DNA of 64,000 bases from an uncultured Collinsella sp. (GCA_905199545.1 CAJKGW010000001.1:144606-208605); one strand, 5' to 3'; numbered from the stretch's first letter, positions 21,064 through 33,102 are shown. Notes: a model not told the origin generated them from the sequence alone. Program-made: numbers and translations.

Positions 21064-21199
21064 TCTTGATCTGTAACAGTTAGACGTTCTCCAGGCCCCT
21101 AAACGTTACAGATTTAGACAAACCAGCGGCGCCCAGGTATTCGTCTCGATCTGTAACAGGTAGACCGGTTTTTTGTCCCTAAACGTTACAGATCGAGAC
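21064..21199. repeat. Family A hairpin array, locus 3 (2 units)
   Basis: gtcttgatctgtaacag...cgttacagatttagac; gtctcgatctgtaacag...cgttacagatcgagac. Confidence 0.85.
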
Positions 21200-21239
21200 A
21201 TAAAGGCAGAAGGCAAGGCAGGCGACAACCGTCCATCCC

Positions 21240-21947
21240 CTACTCCCATTCCTGTTCGTAGATGTTGAGCGACTTCACATACCGCCCCTGGGCACCCATG
21301 ATGTCGCGGACCAGGCGCAAAAAGAAGCTGATGCACGAGGTGTCGAAACCGTCCTCCAGGTCCTCGGGATGCACCGAGCCCGGCCCGTCGACCGTCGTGT
21401 CGCTCAGGCGCGCGATGTCATACAGGTAGAGCTGCCCCGCCGTCAGCCAGACATCGTCGACGCACGCGAGTCGCACCGCAATCGCACCATCGTTCCAGCG
21501 CTCCTTTTGCACGATATGTGGGTCGTAGACGTCAAAGCGACGGTCGGTGCGCGTGTCCTTCAGCACGACCATGCCAGTCGCGGGATCCTTGTCCAAAATG
21601 CCAAAGCGCGAGAAATACTGCGTGTCACGCACCTGCTTAAGTCGCCCGAGCGAAGCAGGAGAAATTGACGCTGGCGGCTCGTCCACATACAGCTCCAACA
21701 GCGTCTTGCCGTGGTAATAGGGGCGCTCAAACAGCAGCCAATCGGTAAACGCCATGTTGTAGGCCATGATTTCGTTTTGAGATGGTTCCTCGCAATAGCT
21801 GAGCCACGGATCGACGATAATCTCGAACTGCTCGCGCGCCGGCTCCAGAAATTGAAACTTCCGCAGCATCCAAAAGTGAGCCATGTCGGCAATATCGTTG
21901 CCGACGGCCTCGGCCAGCTGCGCTCGATCAAAAACTTGGTCAGTCAT
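21240..21947 (-). CDS. Hypothetical protein
   Basis: 235-aa ORF with coding-like composition. No recognisable motif. Confidence 0.5.
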   Translation of the reverse strand: MTDQVFDRAQLAEAVGNDIADMAHFWMLRKFQFLEPAREQFEIIVDPWLSYCEEPSQNEIMAYNMAFTDWLLFERPYYHGKTLLELYVDEPPASISPASLGRLKQVRDTQYFSRFGILDKDPATGMVVLKDTRTDRRFDVYDPHIVQKERWNDGAIAVRLACVDDVWLTAGQLYLYDIARLSDTTVDGPGSVHPEDLEDGFDTSCISFFLRLVRDIMGAQGRYVKSLNIYEQEWE

Positions 21948-22242
21948 GGCATCCTCCTCAAACTGATGGACCTCAATTTGAGCTTACGAGGAGGGTGGGC
22001 AACCGAGGCAAGCGCGGGCAAAATAGGCCTTCGACTGCAAACCAGATGCTAACCAAACACTTGACGGGACACTTGACCGAATGAGTCCACCGCAACAAAA
22101 CCGCAGGTAGACATAGACAGCCAACCCGCCCTTTTGAGCCAGATGCCCGCAGCCACCACAGAAACAACAGGTGACCACAGCCCAAGAAGTCGACAAATGA
22201 ACACCCGTACGTCGACAAACGAGCAAATCGCTCGCAAATCCG

Positions 22243-22307
22243 CAAGGAGTGTCCCCAACGACTAGACAAAAAATGACTAGTCATTGAGGACGTTCTTAAA
22301 TGACTAC
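22243..22307. repeat. Family B motif copy (CAAGGAGTGTCCCC...AATGACTAGTCATTGAGGACGTTCTTAAATGACTA)
   Basis: Direct reading just 3' of gltD. Confidence 0.6.
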
Positions 22308-22308
22308 T

Positions 22309-23790
<1,482 letters not shown>

Positions 23791-23795
23791 GGCAC

Positions 23796-26700
23796 TTACG
23801 CCTCCTTCTTGGTCGAAGCAACAGGGCTGGCAGCCACGGACGCAGCACCCGCAGCACCGCCCGCAATATCGAAGCGAGCGACATCCGCGGCGCTCGCGCG
23901 ACCGGTCACAATGTCAAACGCCAGCTCCTCTGCCTGCGCATGCGTCTTACCGGCAGCCTCGCTCGCAGCGACAATCGCCAGCACACGCTCGTACTCGGTC
24001 GGAATGACCTTCACAAAGTGCTTGCTCATCGTCTCAAAGCTGTAGAGCAGCTTGATGCCGCGCGGGCTCTGCGTCGCGTCCACGTGCTCCTGGATGAGCT
24101 CGCGAATCTGCGCCAGCTCGCCGGCAGTCGGGGCCTTGAGCTCAACGCTCTCGTGGTTCACGCGGGCATCGAGCGTGCCGTACTGGTCAAAAACATAAGC
24201 CACGCCACCCGTCATGCCGGCAGCGAAGTTCTGCCCGACCTCGCCCAGGATGAGCGCCAGGCCACCCGTCATGTACTCGCAACCGTGGTTGCCGCAACCC
24301 TCGACCACCACGGTGGCACCGGAGTTGCGTACGCCAAAGCGCTGGCCGGCCAGGCCGTTGATGAAGCCACGGCCGCTCGTGGCGCCAAAGAACGCAACGT
24401 TGCCCACGATGATGTTTTCGTCGAACTTATAGGTCGCATGCGGGTTGGGGCGCACCGACACCTCGCCGCCCGAAAGGCCCTTGCCAAAGTAGTCGTTGGC
24501 GTCGCCGCACACGTTGAGCGTAATGCCGCGCGGCAGGAAGGCGCCAAAGCTCTGACCGGCCGAGCCATCGCAATCGATGGTGATGGAGCCGGCGGGCAGG
24601 CCCTCGGGATGCGCCTTGGTCACCGCGTTGCCCAAGATGGTGCCCACGCAGCGGTTGACGTTGGCGATATCGGCGCGGAAGCGAATCGGGCGCAGTTGCG
24701 CGCGAGCGTCGGCCGTGTAGGGCACAAACAGCGTGGAGTCGAGCGTCTTGTCGAGCTCGCTGTCCGCAGCCATCTGGGGCAGGAAGTGACGGCCGTCGGC
24801 ACCCGGGATGTGGGCACCAAACTCACAGGTCGCACCTGCCAGCACGGGCGACAGATCCAGCAGGTTAGCCTTGCGGTTGCCCGGGACCTCGATCTGGCGC
24901 AAGCACTCGGGATGGCCGACCATCTCGTCGACGGTGCGGAAGCCCAGGCTCGCCATGACCTCGCGCAGCTGCTCGGCAACAAAGAGCATAAAGTGCTCGA
25001 CATGCTCGGGCTTGCCGCGGAAGCCGCGACGCAGGCGACAGTTTTGCGTCGCGATGCCGGCGGGGCAGGTATCCTGCTGGCAGTCGCGCTGCATGAAGCA
25101 GCCCATCGAGATGAGCGGCATGGTCGCAAAGCCAAACTCCTCGGCGCCCAGCAGGCAGGCGACGGCAACATCGGTGCCGTCCATGAGCTTGCCGTCGGCC
25201 TCGAGCACTACGCGCGAGCGCAGGCCGTTTTGCAGCAGCGTCTGCTGGGCCTCGGCAAGACCGAGCTCCAGCGGCAGACCCGCGTGCCAGATCGAATCGC
25301 GAGCAGCGGCACCCGAGCCGCCGTTGTGGCCGCTGATCAAGATCTTGTCGGCAGCGCCCTTGGCAACACCAGTGGCGATGGTGCCGACGCCGGCCTCGCT
25401 GACCAGCTTGACCGACACGCGCGCGCCGGGGTTGGCGTTCTTAAGGTCAAAGATCAGCTCTGCCAGGTCCTCGATGGAGTAGATGTCGTGGTGCGGCGGA
25501 GGCGAGATCAGGCCGATACCGGGCGTGGACTGACGGACCTCGGCAATCCAGGGGTAGACCTTCTTGCCGGGCAGGTGGCCACCCTCGCCGGGCTTGGCGC
25601 CCTGGGCCATCTTGATCTGAATCTCGAAGGCGCTGCACAGGTAGCGGCTCGTCACGCCAAAGCGCGCACTTGCCACCTGCTTGATCGCGGAGTTCTTGGA
25701 GTCGCCGTTGGCCAGCGGGGTCTCGCGACGCGGATCCTCACCGCCCTCGCCCGAGTTGGAACGGCCGTGTAGGCGGTTCATGGCGATGGCCATGCACTCG
25801 TGTGCCTCTTTGCTGATGGAGCCATACGACATGGCGCCGGTGTTAAAGCGGCGGACGATGTTGAGCGCGGGCTCGACCTCGTCGAGTGCCACCGGCGTGC
25901 GACCGTTGGCATTAAAGTCGAGCAAGTCGCGCAGGCGCACGGCACGGCCGGTGCGGTGCAGGCGGGCGCTGTACTCCTTAAAGGTGTCGTAGCTGTCCTC
26001 GCGGCAGGCGGTCTGCAGCAGGTAGACAGTCTGAGGGTCGATCAGGTGATCCTCGCCGCCGAGCGGGCGCCACTTGGTCAGGCCCAGTGTGGGCAGCTGA
26101 TCGGGAGCCGGGCTCTTAAGGATGGCGAGTGCGGCGTCGTAGCGCTCATTCTGCTCGCGCTCGACGTCCTCGACACCCATACCGCCCACACGGCTCACCG
26201 TGCCGGCAAAGTACGCGTTAACAAACTCCGGGGTAAAGCCCACGGCCTCGAAGATTTGCGCCGAATGGTAGCTCTGCACCGTGGAGATGCCCATCTTGGA
26301 CATAATGGAGACGATGCCAGCGGTCGCAGCCCTGTTGTAATTGGCGATGCCCTGCTCGGCCGTCACGTCCAGATCGCCGCGCGCCGCCAGATCGCGGATG
26401 CACGCATGCGCGTTATACGGATAGATGCCGCTCGCGGAGTAACCCACCAGTGCCGCAAAGTCGTGCGGGGACACGGCATCGCCGCACTCCACCACGATGT
26501 CGGCAAAGGTACGCACGCCGGCGCGGATCAGGTGGTTGTGCACGCAGCCCACGGCAAGCAGCGACGGCACGGGTACCTCGCCCGCTCCGGCACGATCGCT
26601 CAACACCACGATGTTCACGCCGTCGCGGACCGCAGCCTCAACGTCCTCTGCAAGCTGCTTGAGCGCAGCCTGCAGCGCGCCCTCGCCGGCATCGCGGCGG

Positions 26701-28493
26701 TACACGGCACGGAAACGGCGGGTCTTAAAGCCCACGCGGTCGATGGCACAGATACGCTCGAACTCCTCCTCGTTCAGCAGTGGGCGCTCCAAGCGCACCA
26801 GCTGGCAGGCCGTACGAGAGTCCTCGAGCAGGTTGCCGTGGTTGCCCAGGTAGAGCGTGGTCGAGGTGACCATATGCTCGCGAAGGGCGTCGATGGGCGG
26901 GTTCGTGACCTGAGCGAACAGCTGATAGAAATAGTCGTAGAAGGAGCGCGTCTTCTTGGACAGGCAGGCCAGCGGCGCATCGATGCCCATCGAGGCGAGC
27001 GGCGCCTTGCCCTGCTGGGCCATGGGACGCACAACCTCGTCAACATCATCCCAGTGATACCCGAGCTTAGCCATGCGCACGGCGGCGGGCACCTCGGCGT
27101 CCTCGGCGGGCGTTGCCGTGGCAGGCCTATCGAGCGCGTCGACGGTCAGCGTCTCCTCGGCAATCCAATCACGGTAGGGCTTCTCCTTGGCGTAACGGGC
27201 GCGCAGCTCGTCGTTGTAGATCACGCGGCCGCGGGCAAAATCGACCTCGAGCATCTGGCCCGGCCCCAGACAGCCGCTCGTCAGGATGTTCTCGGGGCTC
27301 ACCTCGATGGTGCCCACCTCGCTTGCCAGCATAAAGCGACCGTCGCGCGTCACATAGTAGCGGGCGGGGCGCAGGCCGTTACGGTCGAGGGCGGCGCCCA
27401 GCGTGCGACCGTCGGTAAAGGCGATGGCTGCCGGGCCATCCCACGGCTCCATGAGCATGGACTGGTAAGCGTCGTAGGCGCGGCGCTCCTCACTCAGGCT
27501 GTCGTTGTGGTCCCACGGCTCGGGCAGCAACATGGACGCGGCACGCGTGAGCGGACGACCGTTCATGACCAGGAACTCAAGCACGTTATCCAGAATCGCG
27601 GAATCGGATCCCTCGCGGTTGATGATAGGCATCACGCGCTCAAGATCGTGCTGCAGCACGGGGCTGTACAGGTTGGGCTCGCGGGCGCGAATCCAGTTGA
27701 CGTTGCCCTTGAGGGTGTTGATCTCGCCGTTATGGATGATAAAGCGGTTGGGGTGCGCGCGCTCCCAGCTGGGCGTGGTGTTGGTGGAGTAGCGCGAGTG
27801 GACGAGCGCCACGGCCGTCTTGACGGCGGCGTCGTTGAGGTCGATGAAGAAGCGGCGCATCTGCGTGGCGACGAGCATGCCCTTGTACACGATAGTGCGC
27901 GAGCTCATGGAGCAGACGTAGAAGATCTTGTCGCGCAGGGCAAACTCGGCATCGGCCTTCTTCTCGATAGTGCGACGGCACACGTACAGGCGACGCTCGA
28001 AGGCATCGCCGGCGGGCGTGTCGTCGGGGCGGCCCAGAAAGGCTTGCAGAATGGTGGGCATGCAGGCGCGTGCCGTCTCGCCCAAGTCGTGCGGGTCGAC
28101 GGGCACCTCGCGCCAAAAGAGCAGCGGCACGCCGGCCTCGGCGCAGCCCTCCTCAAACACGCGACGGGCATCCTCTACGCCCTTGTCGTCCTGCGGGAAG
28201 AACAGCATGGCCACGCCATAGTCGCCCTCTGCCGGCAGAATCTGGCCGCACTTTTGAGCCTCTTTGCGGAAAAAGTGATGCGGAACCTGGAACAGGATAC
28301 CGGCACCGTCGCCGGTGTTCTTCTCGAGTCCCGTACCGCCGCGGTGCTCCAAGTTGACCAGAATGGACAGTGCGTCGTCCAGAATCTGGTGATGGCGCTC
28401 ACCGTTGATATCGGCAAGCGCGCCGATGCCACATGCATCGTGGTCGAATTCGGGGCGATAAAGGCCCTGCTGCCGAGCGGAATCTGCCTGCAT
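23796..28493 (-). CDS. gltB: Glutamate synthase large subunit
   Basis: 1565 aa. N-terminal amidotransferase domain (CGIGA), FMN-binding domain and a GXXG-repeat domain. Immediately upstream of gltD. Confidence 0.95.
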   Translation of the reverse strand: MQADSARQQGLYRPEFDHDACGIGALADINGERHHQILDDALSILVNLEHRGGTGLEKNTGDGAGILFQVPHHFFRKEAQKCGQILPAEGDYGVAMLFFPQDDKGVEDARRVFEEGCAEAGVPLLFWREVPVDPHDLGETARACMPTILQAFLGRPDDTPAGDAFERRLYVCRRTIEKKADAEFALRDKIFYVCSMSSRTIVYKGMLVATQMRRFFIDLNDAAVKTAVALVHSRYSTNTTPSWERAHPNRFIIHNGEINTLKGNVNWIRAREPNLYSPVLQHDLERVMPIINREGSDSAILDNVLEFLVMNGRPLTRAASMLLPEPWDHNDSLSEERRAYDAYQSMLMEPWDGPAAIAFTDGRTLGAALDRNGLRPARYYVTRDGRFMLASEVGTIEVSPENILTSGCLGPGQMLEVDFARGRVIYNDELRARYAKEKPYRDWIAEETLTVDALDRPATATPAEDAEVPAAVRMAKLGYHWDDVDEVVRPMAQQGKAPLASMGIDAPLACLSKKTRSFYDYFYQLFAQVTNPPIDALREHMVTSTTLYLGNHGNLLEDSRTACQLVRLERPLLNEEEFERICAIDRVGFKTRRFRAVYRRDAGEGALQAALKQLAEDVEAAVRDGVNIVVLSDRAGAGEVPVPSLLAVGCVHNHLIRAGVRTFADIVVECGDAVSPHDFAALVGYSASGIYPYNAHACIRDLAARGDLDVTAEQGIANYNRAATAGIVSIMSKMGISTVQSYHSAQIFEAVGFTPEFVNAYFAGTVSRVGGMGVEDVEREQNERYDAALAILKSPAPDQLPTLGLTKWRPLGGEDHLIDPQTVYLLQTACREDSYDTFKEYSARLHRTGRAVRLRDLLDFNANGRTPVALDEVEPALNIVRRFNTGAMSYGSISKEAHECMAIAMNRLHGRSNSGEGGEDPRRETPLANGDSKNSAIKQVASARFGVTSRYLCSAFEIQIKMAQGAKPGEGGHLPGKKVYPWIAEVRQSTPGIGLISPPPHHDIYSIEDLAELIFDLKNANPGARVSVKLVSEAGVGTIATGVAKGAADKILISGHNGGSGAAARDSIWHAGLPLELGLAEAQQTLLQNGLRSRVVLEADGKLMDGTDVAVACLLGAEEFGFATMPLISMGCFMQRDCQQDTCPAGIATQNCRLRRGFRGKPEHVEHFMLFVAEQLREVMASLGFRTVDEMVGHPECLRQIEVPGNRKANLLDLSPVLAGATCEFGAHIPGADGRHFLPQMAADSELDKTLDSTLFVPYTADARAQLRPIRFRADIANVNRCVGTILGNAVTKAHPEGLPAGSITIDCDGSAGQSFGAFLPRGITLNVCGDANDYFGKGLSGGEVSVRPNPHATYKFDENIIVGNVAFFGATSGRGFINGLAGQRFGVRNSGATVVVEGCGNHGCEYMTGGLALILGEVGQNFAAGMTGGVAYVFDQYGTLDARVNHESVELKAPTAGELAQIRELIQEHVDATQSPRGIKLLYSFETMSKHFVKVIPTEYERVLAIVAASEAAGKTHAQAEELAFDIVTGRASAADVARFDIAGGAAGAASVAASPVASTKKEA

Positions 28494-28629
28494 CGCGATC
28501 CTCCCCTAGATATTTAGACAGTCAGTTGAATAGGCATAGTAGGAGCATCGTCGGCCCGTTGTGTTTCCCACCCGTTTCGAAACAATCGCGTAACGCACAC
28601 CGACCATCAACGTCTTGCTATCAAACATG

Positions 28630-28680
28630 TACGTCAGCCCCCAAACATGTCGAAATTTGACATCTTTGGAGGCTGACGTA
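28630..28680. promoter_or_regulatory. ~47-bp imperfect palindrome in the gltB upstream region
   Basis: tacgtcagcccccaaacatgtcgaaatttgacatctttggaggctgacgta. The arms match at about 21 of 24 positions. Confidence 0.35.
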
Positions 28681-28842
28681 CACGTTTTAGTGCAGGGACA
28701 GCCGGCACATATGCATCTGGCCCCTTTGAATCATTCTGGAAACAAGGGCCATGCGGACTTTTGCATGATGGGGCTCGACACAGCAGGCCTCAAGGGCGGC
28801 AACAAGACGCCCAAGTTCGGCCTGTAAGCTCACCGCTTCAAA

Positions 28843-29060
28843 CATCTCAATCTGTAACAGGAAGACCCAATTTTGGCGCCTAGATGTTACAGATTGAGAT
28901 TTTCTGCGGAGCGGTTTTGGTTTGTCTCGATCTGTAACACGAAGGGCCGGTTTTGGCGGCCAGCTGTTACAAATCGAGATTTTCCATAGGACCATTTCTT
29001 CCTGTCTCGATCTGTAACACCTAGGCCCAATTTCCATCCCTAGTTGTTACAGATCGAGAC
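28843..29060. repeat. Family A hairpin array, locus 4 (3 units)
   Basis: catctcaatctgtaacag...atgttacagattgagat; gtctcgatctgtaacac...ctgttacaaatcgagat; gtctcgatctgtaacac...ttgttacagatcgagac. Confidence 0.85.
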
Positions 29061-29196
29061 ATTTCGGCAGCCCCCTTCACCATCCCATTCAAATAGAACA
29101 ATTTTGTTAGTCTTGGTTAACTTTTAAGCTTAAACGGGTATCCTTTGCGGCGTCAAGCAAACGGCACGCACACCGTGCCAGATCAAGGAGGCCCCT

Positions 29197-29970
29197 ATGG
29201 CGCACCAAGCAGACCAGCAGACGATGCAACTCGTCCTTATCCGTCACGGAGAGTCCGAGTGGAACAAGCTCAACCTGTTCACCGGCTGGACCGATGTCGA
29301 GCTCACCGACACGGGCCGCGAAGAGGCGGCAGCAGGCGGCCGCGCCCTCAAAGAAGCCGGTTTCGACTTTGACGTCTGCTACACTTCGCGTCTCAAGCGC
29401 GCGATCCACACCCTCAACATCGTGCTCGGCCAAATGGATCGCGAGTGGCTGCCCGTCATCAAATCCTGGAAGCTCAACGAGCGCCACTACGGTGCGTTGC
29501 AGGGTCTCAACAAGGCCGATGCCGCCGCGGAGCACGGCGACGAACAGGTGCTCATCTGGCGCCGCTCCTTCGATATCTGCCCGCCGGCACTCGAGCCGAA
29601 CGACGCGCGCGATCCCCACACCCAGGAGCAATACCGTGATGTCGCGCCTGATCAGCTGCCCTATACCGAATGCCTCAAGGACACGATCGCCCGCGCCTGG
29701 CCCTATTTCGAAGACGAGATTCGCCCCCAGATGCTCGCCGGCAAGCGCGTACTCATCGCCGCACACGGCAACTCCCTGCGCTCACTCGTCATGAAGCTCG
29801 AACACCTCACGCCCGAGGAGATCCTCAAGGTCAACATCCCCACCGGCGTGCCGCTCGTCTACACCTTCGATACCGATTTCAATGTCCTCGACAAGCGCTA
29901 CATCGGCGACCCGGCGACCATCGCCGCCAAGATCGACGCCGTGGCCAATCAGGGCAAAGCACACAAGTAG
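29197..29970 (+). CDS. gpmA: 2,3-bisphosphoglycerate-dependent phosphoglycerate mutase
   Basis: LIRHGESEWN, RLNERHYGALQG. AAGGAGG SD. Confidence 0.9.
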   Translation: MAHQADQQTMQLVLIRHGESEWNKLNLFTGWTDVELTDTGREEAAAGGRALKEAGFDFDVCYTSRLKRAIHTLNIVLGQMDREWLPVIKSWKLNERHYGALQGLNKADAAAEHGDEQVLIWRRSFDICPPALEPNDARDPHTQEQYRDVAPDQLPYTECLKDTIARAWPYFEDEIRPQMLAGKRVLIAAHGNSLRSLVMKLEHLTPEEILKVNIPTGVPLVYTFDTDFNVLDKRYIGDPATIAAKIDAVANQGKAHK

Positions 29971-30045
29971 CCCCAACCCAAAACCGACGCGTGGCGCCGC
30001 ACGGCCCAGATGTGACGTCACGCCGCCCATACACAGGAGCGCACC

Positions 30046-31302
30046 ATGCTCAGCCATCTCAAACAACACTTTGGCTCCCGACGCACCGGTGGTCACGGAG
30101 GCCTAGACATTGCGCGGCATATCGGCCCCGGGCTGCTCGTGACCGTCGGCTTTATCGACCCGGGCAACTGGGCCTCCAATATGGCCGCGGGCTCGCAGTT
30201 TGGCTACGCGCTGCTGTGGATCGTCACGCTGTCCACGATTATGCTCATCGTGCTGCAGCACAACGCGGCGCACCTGGGTATCGCCACGGGCGCCTGCCTT
30301 GCCGAGGCCACGACACGTTACCTCCCCCGCTTCGTCGGGCGTACGGTGCTCGCCAGCGCCTATCTCGCGACCATCGCCACCGCCATGGCCGAAGTCCTGG
30401 GCGGCGCGATTGCCCTTCAAATGCTCTTTGGGCTGCCCGTGCGCGCGGGCTGCGTCATCGTGGCGGCAGTATCGATGGCGATGCTCATGACGAACTCCTA
30501 CAAGCATGCCGAACGCTGGATCATCGCCTTCGTAGGCGTGGTAGGACTCTCGTTTTTGGCCGAGCTTGCACTAGTCAAGGTCGACTGGCCGCAAGCCGCC
30601 GCAAGCTGGATCACGCCCAGTATGCCCACTGGCTCTGCCGCGATTATCGTGAGTGTCCTGGGTGCGGTCGTTATGCCCCACAACCTTTTTCTGCACTCCG
30701 AGGTCATCCAATCCATGCACTTCGAAGGCCAAGGCGAGCAGGTTATCGAGGAACGTCTGCGCTATGAGCTCTTCGACACGCTCTTTTCGATGGGCGTGGG
30801 CTGGGCAATCAACTCGGCCATGGTCATCCTGGCCGCAACGACCTTCTTTGCGCACGGCATTGTCGTAGACGACCTCGCCGTCGCAGCGGACACACTCTCC
30901 CCCATTCTGGGCCCGGCGAGCTCGACCATCTTTGCGGTAGCACTGCTGTTTGCGGGCATATCGAGTAGTGTGACGGCGGGCATGGCGGCGGGCACCATCA
31001 CCGCGGGCATGTTCGACGAGGAATACGACATCCACGACCGACATTCCTCGATCGGGGTGGCGGCCAGTTTCGTCGGCGCAGTGGCGGCGTGCCTGGTCGT
31101 CCCAAATCCTTTTGAAGGTCTCATCTGGAGTCAGGCGCTGCTGTCGCTTCAGCTGCCGATTACGGTCTTTGTGCTCATACGGCTCACCAGCTCACGCCGC
31201 GTCATGGGCAAATACGCCAACTCGCGCCCGCTCAACGCGCTGCTCATAGGGATCGGCGCCATCGTGACGATTCTCGATGTCGTGTTATTGACGGGGATGT
31301 AA
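30046..31302 (+). CDS. mntH: Nramp-family divalent metal (Mn2+/Fe2+) transporter
   Basis: DPGNWASN motif with 11-12 TM segments. Confidence 0.9.
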   Translation: MLSHLKQHFGSRRTGGHGGLDIARHIGPGLLVTVGFIDPGNWASNMAAGSQFGYALLWIVTLSTIMLIVLQHNAAHLGIATGACLAEATTRYLPRFVGRTVLASAYLATIATAMAEVLGGAIALQMLFGLPVRAGCVIVAAVSMAMLMTNSYKHAERWIIAFVGVVGLSFLAELALVKVDWPQAAASWITPSMPTGSAAIIVSVLGAVVMPHNLFLHSEVIQSMHFEGQGEQVIEERLRYELFDTLFSMGVGWAINSAMVILAATTFFAHGIVVDDLAVAADTLSPILGPASSTIFAVALLFAGISSSVTAGMAAGTITAGMFDEEYDIHDRHSSIGVAASFVGAVAACLVVPNPFEGLIWSQALLSLQLPITVFVLIRLTSSRRVMGKYANSRPLNALLIGIGAIVTILDVVLLTGM

Positions 31303-31328
31303 TGGGGCGGGGCACCTACCCAGGCAAA

Positions 31329-31547
31329 CGTCTCAATCTGTAACATCTAGACACGCTTTTAATATCTAGATGTTACAGATCGAGATTATTCCGAGGGACA
31401 GCTCCGTTTGTCTCAATCTGTAACAAGTGGACCCAATTTTCACCGTTAGATGTTACAGATTGAGACCTTCTGCCGGACGGTTTTGGTTTGTCTCGATCTG
31501 TAACAGGAAGACCCGTTTTGAGCCGTTAGACGTTACAGATTAAGACA
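31329..31547. repeat. Family A hairpin array, locus 5 (3 units)
   Basis: gtctcaatctgtaacat...atgttacagatcgagat; gtctcaatctgtaacaag...gatgttacagattgagac; gtctcgatctgtaacag...cgttacagattaagac. Confidence 0.85.
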
Positions 31548-31691
31548 AAAGGTCGGCCGGACTCACAACAGACAGGATCGGCCAACAGCAACCGTGATCC
31601 CTTGGGGGCGGAGAAAAAGGGTCCCGGCCGGGATATCCGACCGGGACCCTTGGACAGAGCTATATGTTGCCGTGAGCCGCGTGCCGACGAG

Positions 31692-31835
31692 CTACTCCTC
31701 GACGAGCTCAAACTGATCGGGACCGACGCCGCAGACCGGGCACACGTAGTCCTCGGGCAGCTCGGGCGTGTCGACCTCAACCTCGTAGCCACAAACGATG
31801 CACACGAACTTATACGTCTTCTTCTCCTCAGCCAT
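31692..31835 (-). CDS. Rubredoxin
   Basis: CIVCGY...CPVCG double CxxCG motif. GAGGAG SD. Confidence 0.8.
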   Translation of the reverse strand: MAEEKKTYKFVCIVCGYEVEVDTPELPEDYVCPVCGVGPDQFELVEE

Positions 31836-31924
31836 GATGTTCTCCTCTCGAACGCGACTGGTGATGTACTTCATTTATCAGTATAGATTCTCAATAATAT
31901 AATGCAAGTATTTTTAAAACATTT

Positions 31925-32428
31925 CTAGCCTTGATACGAGGACGCCTTCGGAGGCGTCTTGCCCTTCAGGACCTTATGGTAGTAATCGTAGGTGAGCGGC
32001 GTCTCGTCACTCAAGCGCTCGGCATCCTCGACCTCGCCGATAAACAGTAGATGCGTGCCAACATCCACAGTGTCGATCAAATGGCAGCTAAACAGGGCCG
32101 CCGCGTGCTCGGGCACATAGGGCATGCCCAGAGCCGTCTCGCGGGTCTCGTATTTGGCAAACTTGTCATAATCGCTGCTGGTGCGGAACCCAAAGTTACC
32201 GATGTAGAGCATATCGGCGGTCTGATCGATCACGGTCAGCGCGAACGCTTTGGCCGAAGCGATGACGCCCGAGGTGACGTTGTCCTTGTTCACGGCAACC
32301 GAAATGCGCGGCGGCATGGACGTCACCTGCACCGCAGTGTTGATGACGCAGCCGGCGCGCAGCCCGTCTGCCGCGGCGCTCACCACGTACAGGCCGCTCG
32401 GCATGGTAAAGAACGCAGTTTTGTCCAT
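31925..32428 (-). CDS. Flavin reductase-like FMN-binding domain protein
   Basis: Split-barrel flavin reductase pattern. Start assumed at MDKTAFF. Confidence 0.7.
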   Translation of the reverse strand: MDKTAFFTMPSGLYVVSAAADGLRAGCVINTAVQVTSMPPRISVAVNKDNVTSGVIASAKAFALTVIDQTADMLYIGNFGFRTSSDYDKFAKYETRETALGMPYVPEHAAALFSCHLIDTVDVGTHLLFIGEVEDAERLSDETPLTYDYYHKVLKGKTPPKASSYQG

Positions 32429-32477
32429 AACGATCACTCCCCTAGCTCGGGTTGGAACCTCATGGATGTATGTACCC

Positions 32478-32512
32478 ACAAAAAAGGCAGCGCCCATAAC
32501 GGACGCCGCCTT
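32478..32512 (-). terminator. Rho-independent terminator downstream of smpB
   Basis: Minus strand AAGGCGGCG...CGCTGCCTT followed by TTTTTTGTGGG. Confidence 0.5.
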
Positions 32513-32634
32513 TGAAACATATGTGTCAGAACAGTAAGAAAGATGAGACACCCGCAGCTGCGGTGAAATAGGGACTGAATAGCCCCTCAAACAGGCAAAA
32601 CAGTCCGTATTCCACCGCAACTTATGAAGGACGG

Positions 32635-33102
32635 TCAGCGGTTGCGTTCCTTGAGGGCGCGGTCAATCTCGCGTTGAACATCGCGTTTGGCCATGTCCTC
32701 GCGCTTGTCGTAGAGCTTTTTGCCTCGGCCCAGGCCCAGCAGCAGCTTTACGCGGCCGTCGGTATTAAAGTAGAGCTCCAACGGAACCAGCGCATAACCA
32801 CGGTTGCGAAGTTTGCCGTCAAGAAAGTCGATCTCCTTGCGGTGCAGCAGCAGACGGCGCCGACGGTCGGGATCGCGATTCCACACGCCACCATGGCTAT
32901 AAGGGTGGATATGTAGGCCGACGAGCCAGCACTCCCCGCCACGAATCAGTGCAAAGGTATCGGTAATCTGGCACGCGCGCTCGCGAATCGACTTGACTTC
33001 GGTACCGCTCAGCTCAATACCGCACTCAAACGTCTCATCGATAAAGTACTCGTGATGTGCCGAGCGATTCTTGGAAATGAGCTTGCGCTCGCGCTTACTG
33101 GG
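32635..33102 (-). CDS. smpB: SsrA-binding protein
   Basis: MPSKRERKLISKNRSAHHEYFIDETFECGIELSGTEVKSIRE is a canonical SmpB N-terminus. Confidence 0.85.
   Translation of the reverse strand, partial: PSKRERKLISKNRSAHHEYFIDETFECGIELSGTEVKSIRERACQITDTFALIRGGECWLVGLHIHPYSHGGVWNRDPDRRRRLLLHRKEIDFLDGKLRNRGYALVPLELYFNTDGRVKLLLGLGRGKKLYDKREDMAKRDVQREIDRALKERNR

Noticed and set aside
29971-30045. yybP-ykoY Mn riboswitch upstream of mntH
   Set aside because: The intergenic region is only ~75 bp and lacks the conserved four-way junction motifs.
32430-32634. tmRNA (ssrA) next to smpB
   Set aside because: No GGTTCGAnTCC T-loop or ...CCA acceptor-like terminus, and no tag-peptide reading frame, was seen on either strand in the 200 bp downstream of smpB. 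Only a terminator hairpin and a CACCCGCAGCTGCGGTG palindrome are present.
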